Virus record (IMG/VR): IMGVR_UViG_3300003690_003399
Coordinates: 16,076 to 80,075 of that record
Source of the DNA: a virus
DNA: 64,000 nucleotides
Direction: 5' to 3' (one strand)
In this document: in pieces, positions 60,552-64,000 of the stretch
How positions within the stretch are numbered: the first letter of the stretch is position 1
How the letters are laid out: every line of letters begins with the position of its first letter
Translations under genes and position numbers: made by a program
The notes under the pieces: model-generated
Seen by the model: only the letters and a program-made list of their open reading frames with translations
The model's database searches: none
What the model was told of the DNA's origin: nothing

Positions 60552-61724
60552 ATGCCTTATTATGAATTTAAAGACAAAGACATCCTTAGAAATACTTTAA
60601 AGACACATCCAGAATATCAATTTAATATTTATAGTGGAAGCATTTATTTAAATAATCAATATAATATATCTGGCGCCCATGTAAATAATGTAACTATGGT
60701 ACCCTCTGGCTTTGTTAGCTTATACGAATTAAACATTGATAGAACTTCCGATGATAAAATTTATCCTTTTATCACAAAGGATGGTAATTTTACATCTATT
60801 GGAACAGTTACAAATGCTGAGTATAATAGTAGCTTTCAATATGGAGACGTGATCAGCGGCTCTTATCCAATGTCGGCTAGTATTGTACGGCAAAGATTTG
60901 TCACTGGTCATGGTGATTCAGCTACTTCTCGGATTACAGCCTTAAAAAACACTTTAAATTATTATACATATCTCAGCCCCGCTTATCAATATAGTTCTTC
61001 CTTGGGAGATAAAGCTCAACAAGAAATTAATTTGATAAGTATTCCATCTATCTTTTTTGATAGTGGAATAAAGCCTGGTTCTGTTGATTTAAAGTTTTAT
61101 ATTACTGGCACTCTTGTTGCACAAGCCACCGATAAAAATAAAAATGGTGAATTATTTCAAGTAACAGGAAGTACATATGCACAAGCTAACGGTTCAAACT
61201 CTGTGGCTGGAGTTGTTTTATATAATGAGGGCTTTGTTCTGTTAACTGGAAGTTGGGATATAACAGAAGCTAGCTATGATTTTGGAGACATCACTCGTGT
61301 AGCTTCTTGGCGAGATTTCGCAGCCGGCGCCAACGATAATCAAGATACCACACTCACTCTTTCGGCCAGTTTCCAATTTAATTTTAAAGGAACGAATGAA
61401 ATCTCCACACTAGCTATGTATGCAATTGCGCCCAAGGGCAACTTAAACCATTCAAGTAATCCAACTTATCGTTTATATGAGAGTGCCTCTTTGGCACCTC
61501 GCTCGGAGCGCCATGCTTATGTAGAGTCTCCAAACATCCCAATGGCAAATACAATAAGCAGTTCATTCTGCAATTTTTCTGCGTCCTTTAAAAAACAAAC
61601 ATTTATTAGTAAAATAGGGATATATGATGACGATAGAAATCTTATAGCGGTAGCAAATTTGGCCACCCCTGTAAAGAAGACTGAAGATCGAGCGCTCACT
61701 TTCAAATTAAAACTAGACATTTAG
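60552..61724 (+). CDS. Putative baseplate/tail structural protein, paralog of 59483
   Basis: IKPGS, G.V.Y..G, N.S.NPTY, FISKIGIYD..NLIAVA..PVKK. Confidence 0.65.
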   Translation: MPYYEFKDKDILRNTLKTHPEYQFNIYSGSIYLNNQYNISGAHVNNVTMVPSGFVSLYELNIDRTSDDKIYPFITKDGNFTSIGTVTNAEYNSSFQYGDVISGSYPMSASIVRQRFVTGHGDSATSRITALKNTLNYYTYLSPAYQYSSSLGDKAQQEINLISIPSIFFDSGIKPGSVDLKFYITGTLVAQATDKNKNGELFQVTGSTYAQANGSNSVAGVVLYNEGFVLLTGSWDITEASYDFGDITRVASWRDFAAGANDNQDTTLTLSASFQFNFKGTNEISTLAMYAIAPKGNLNHSSNPTYRLYESASLAPRSERHAYVESPNIPMANTISSSFCNFSASFKKQTFISKIGIYDDDRNLIAVANLATPVKKTEDRALTFKLKLDI

Positions 61725-61736
61725 AGAATCAAACAT

Positions 61737-62309
61737 ATGATATTAGGACTAGACATCTCAACCAGTATCACTGGCTATACAGTGGTAGACCATGAAGGCA
61801 AAATAATTCGCTGCGATGCGTGGGACATGCGTAATAAAAAGATATTTAAAGATCATTTTGAAAAGGCAAAATCTATAAAAGATGACCTTTGTTTTTTAAA
61901 AGCCCAGTACCCCATTAGTCAAATTTATATTGAAGAGCCATTTATGTTTTTTAACTCGGGTGGCTCTTCAGCAAAAACCATGGCGGTCCTTCAAAAGTTT
62001 AATGGGATTGTTTCATGGATTTGTTATGATATATTTACTCTCACACCAAATTATGTGAGAGCCGGCGAAGCACGGAAGCTTTGTGGAATAAAAGTACATA
62101 GAGGACAGAAAGCAAAGAAAGTTGTCATTCAATGGCTACTTGACAATGAGCCAGATTTTAAGGTAGAATATACATCAAAAAACAATCCGAAGCCTAAATA
62201 TTATGATATGGCGGACTCAGTGGTAATTGCTAAAGCTGGCTACTATTTATTCAAGAAGCAGAACCCACAAGTTTGTTATAACAAGGACTTACCAAATGAA
62301 ACTAACTAA
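61737..62309 (+). CDS. ruvC: RuvC-like Holliday junction resolvase
   Basis: ILGLDIS..TG, IYIEE, DMADS catalytic acidic residues. Confidence 0.82.
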   Translation: MILGLDISTSITGYTVVDHEGKIIRCDAWDMRNKKIFKDHFEKAKSIKDDLCFLKAQYPISQIYIEEPFMFFNSGGSSAKTMAVLQKFNGIVSWICYDIFTLTPNYVRAGEARKLCGIKVHRGQKAKKVVIQWLLDNEPDFKVEYTSKNNPKPKYYDMADSVVIAKAGYYLFKKQNPQVCYNKDLPNETN

Positions 62310-62712
62310 ATCAAAACTTAAGCAACTAATCAAAGAAGTCTTTGAGGGCGAAAGCAAAGGAACCGACGCATACCCCCAATATGAATATCTTTTAGATGAA
62401 TTAGTTGACGCCGCCAGAAACGCTATAATGCCACTGGCAGTTGAAAAACTAAAAGAGGTGGGGGCCTTGAGCGAAGAAGAGGGAAGAGGTTTAACTTATA
62501 ACGATGTTGAATTAGAAATTGAAGAACCCTTAATGGATGCGCTTAAGCCACTAGCTAAATTAATTCAAGATAAAGTAGATCATGCCCCGGGCCGAGAGGA
62601 TGAAGAAGAATACGAAGAAGAGGAAGAGAAATACGCGCCTTCTACGGAATATACGAGTCCGAGTTTTCGCACGGCGCGAATGCAAAGCGGCTATTTCCAA
62701 GGAAAAAATTAA
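62296..62712 (+). CDS. Acidic protein with MKLTKSKLKQLIKE leader, copy 1 (start revised from 62227)
   Basis: AAGGA upstream; leader shared with the next three genes. Confidence 0.8.
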   Translation: MKLTKSKLKQLIKEVFEGESKGTDAYPQYEYLLDELVDAARNAIMPLAVEKLKEVGALSEEEGRGLTYNDVELEIEEPLMDALKPLAKLIQDKVDHAPGREDEEEYEEEEEKYAPSTEYTSPSFRTARMQSGYFQGKN

Positions 62713-63075
62713 ATGAAACTAACTAAATCAAAACTTAAGCAACTCATTAAAGAAGCATTCGAAGAAGAACTCGATGAGCCAGGTACCGGCGAAGAACGGT
62801 ACAACAATCGAGGGCCCCACCCGGAAGGTGCGCTTCCAGGCCAAGGCCCCGGGGAAAAGGACTGGTGGGTCCCTGTAATGAGTCAGCTGATTCATGATGC
62901 AGCGGCCTTGTTTAAAAACGTGCCCGGCCGCGGCAAGGAGCTTTTAATAGAAAATTTCGAAATGACCGCTGAAGCATGGAAGAAAGACCTAGGTGGCTAT
63001 GAGACAAAATGGAAAGCAGAACTAGGAGCTGACCACCCAGAAGAGGAATACGACGAAGAAGAGAGAGAAATCTAA
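62713..63075 (+). CDS. Acidic protein with leader, copy 2
   Basis: MKLTKSKLKQLIKE; abuts the upstream stop. Confidence 0.85.
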   Translation: MKLTKSKLKQLIKEAFEEELDEPGTGEERYNNRGPHPEGALPGQGPGEKDWWVPVMSQLIHDAAALFKNVPGRGKELLIENFEMTAEAWKKDLGGYETKWKAELGADHPEEEYDEEEREI

Positions 63076-63458
63076 TGAAACTTACTAACTCAAAACTTAA
63101 ACAACTTATTAAAGAAATAGCAGAAGAAAGCGAATGGGATGTTAGCAAGCGCACCTCGTTTCCTCGCGTCGTAGCCCAGATCTTAAGCGCCCTAAGAGAA
63201 GCACAAGACATTCTCGAAGGTGGCCACCTAGATGAAGAAGCGCCAGTTTCTTCTTCCACTATAGAAAATATACAAAAGATATTAGATCATCCCGCGCTTG
63301 CGGCGATGGAAGAAATGGTACCTCCCGAGGAAGATGAATATGAAGCATCTGTTTATGACAAAGAAGAATCTGCTGCTCGCCGAGAAGGCCCGTCAACTCC
63401 GATGACACCAGAAGACAGCGCGCCCCTTTGGGACGACGATGACGAAGAGGGCTGGTAA
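63075..63458 (+). CDS. Acidic protein with leader, copy 3
   Basis: MKLTNSKLKQLIKE; TAATG coupling. Confidence 0.85.
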   Translation: MKLTNSKLKQLIKEIAEESEWDVSKRTSFPRVVAQILSALREAQDILEGGHLDEEAPVSSSTIENIQKILDHPALAAMEEMVPPEEDEYEASVYDKEESAARREGPSTPMTPEDSAPLWDDDDEEGW

Positions 63459-63459
63459 A

Positions 63460-63795
63460 ATGAAACTAACAAAATCACAACTAAAGCAAATCATTAAAGA
63501 AGAGCTTCAAAAAGTATTGCAAGAACGGCAGCGGCGGCCAGCCGAAACCATCGGAGGGACGAAGGAGTACCCCTATGTCCCGGACATAGAACCCACACCG
63601 GAAGATTATGAATGCACAGACGTAAGCGATTGCTATGAAATATTTCCCTCTGTGGCCGGCCAGTGTGATGAAATCGTTTGTCTAGAGTGCCGGCCACCGG
63701 CCAATCGCATGCCTTGGCCAACGCACCGGCCGCGCGGTCGGTGTTACGACAAAGTAACCAAGGAGTACTGGGATGAGGATTACGAGACGTCTTAA
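63460..63795 (+). CDS. Cys-rich protein with leader, copy 4 (start revised from 63439)
   Basis: MKLTKSQLKQIIKEE; six Cys in the body. Confidence 0.8.
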   Translation: MKLTKSQLKQIIKEELQKVLQERQRRPAETIGGTKEYPYVPDIEPTPEDYECTDVSDCYEIFPSVAGQCDEIVCLECRPPANRMPWPTHRPRGRCYDKVTKEYWDEDYETS

Positions 63796-63812
63796 AATGC
63801 CATAGTAAAGTT

Positions 63813-63830
63813 ATGAACCTAACTAAATAA
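63813..63830 (+). pseudogene. Dead fifth leader copy (MNLTK*)
   Basis: ATGAACCTAACTAAATAA vs ATGAAACTAACTAAATCA, 16/18 nt, TCA to TAA. Confidence 0.6.
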
Positions 63831-63834
63831 ACCC

Positions 63835-63863
63835 TTGACATATTAAATTACATTTGATAATAT
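63835..63863 (+). promoter_or_regulatory. Sigma70-type promoter with extended -10
   Basis: TTGACA (63835-63840), 17 nt spacer, TGn-TAATAT (63858-63863). Confidence 0.7.
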
Positions 63864-63869
63864 TTATAC

Positions 63870-64000
63870 ATGCACTTTGACAAACTTCGAATCCTCGAAG
63901 AAATACTAGGAAACAATTACCGATCAAACGATGAACACTTATTCTTTTGTCCGTTTTGCAAACACCACAAAAGAAAGATGTCAATAAATATATCTAAAAA
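63870..64000 (+). CDS. DNA primase N-terminal zinc-binding domain, runs off the window
   Basis: MHFDKLRILEEILGNNYRSNDEHLFFCPFCKHHKRKMSINISK; absent from the ORF track. Confidence 0.7.
   Translation, partial: MHFDKLRILEEILGNNYRSNDEHLFFCPFCKHHKRKMSINISK

Larger units (their letters stand above)
62296..63830 (+). repeat. Dispersed coding repeat of about 42 nt at 62296, 62713, 63075, 63460, with a truncated copy at 63813
   Basis: Copy 1 vs copies 2/3/4: 40, 37 and 36 of 42 nt identical; spacing 417, 362, 385, 353 nt. Confidence 0.92.

Noticed and set aside
24285-61724. Bacterial contractile injection system or tailocin locus
   Set aside because: Flanked by phage-type sigma factor, PhoH, RuvC-like resolvase and primase, with no cellular housekeeping context
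62296-63830. CRISPR array reading of the periodic repeat
   Set aside because: Repeats are in-frame gene starts with synonymous variation, and the intervening 310-375 nt segments are open reading frames
92-63841. Numerous 60-115 aa alternative-frame and antisense ORFs in the track
   Set aside because: Nested within well-supported genes and lacking motifs; treated as shadow ORFs
1-64000. Stop-codon reassignment as in some jumbo phages
   Set aside because: Multi-kb ORFs are intact in the standard code, and TAA, TAG and TGA all end genes at tight junctions
1-64000. tRNA/rRNA genes, introns, inteins, DGR, IS elements, intrinsic terminators
   Set aside because: Intergenic gaps are about 110 nt or less and mostly AT-rich, with no cloverleaf or convincing hairpin plus U-tract; no reverse transcriptase, transposase or intein motifs seen by eye

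Overview
About 64 kb of a large, AT-rich (roughly 35% GC by eye) tailed dsDNA bacteriophage genome, probably a myovirus-type jumbo phage. It is gene-dense, almost entirely on the + strand and uses the standard genetic code. Layout: (1) 1-6.1 kb accessory genes: archaeal-type (class II) GAPDH, an inverted pair of exported proteins including a trypsin-like protease, PIN-PhoH, a zincin-like protein and a Cas4/RecB-like nuclease. (2) 6.1-22.3 kb glycan island of about 20 genes: GT4, GT2, GT-A, GT47 and GT29-like transferases, KdsA/KdsB, HAD phosphatase, cupin, radical SAM enzyme, class III aminotransferase, 2OG oxygenase, several methyltransferases and a nucleotide-sugar dehydrogenase. (3) 22.3-24.3 kb small genes and a gp55-like sigma factor. 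(4) 24.3-61.7 kb baseplate/tail module: MepA-type lysin fusion, spike-like protein, gp25- and gp6-like wedges and giant 1000-3000 aa proteins. (5) RuvC-like resolvase, a tandem array of four acidic proteins sharing an N-terminal MKLTKSKLKQLIKE leader plus a dead fifth copy, and the start of a primase. Best leads: the leader-peptide array (candidate capsid-targeting signal), a candidate virion glycosylation system (CMP-Kdo pathway plus [S/T]-[G/A/S]-[S/T] tripeptide enrichment in specific structural proteins), strong GGCGCC over-representation, and a recurring CTA(A/T)TTA candidate late promoter. All family calls come from motif recognition by eye; no database searches were run.
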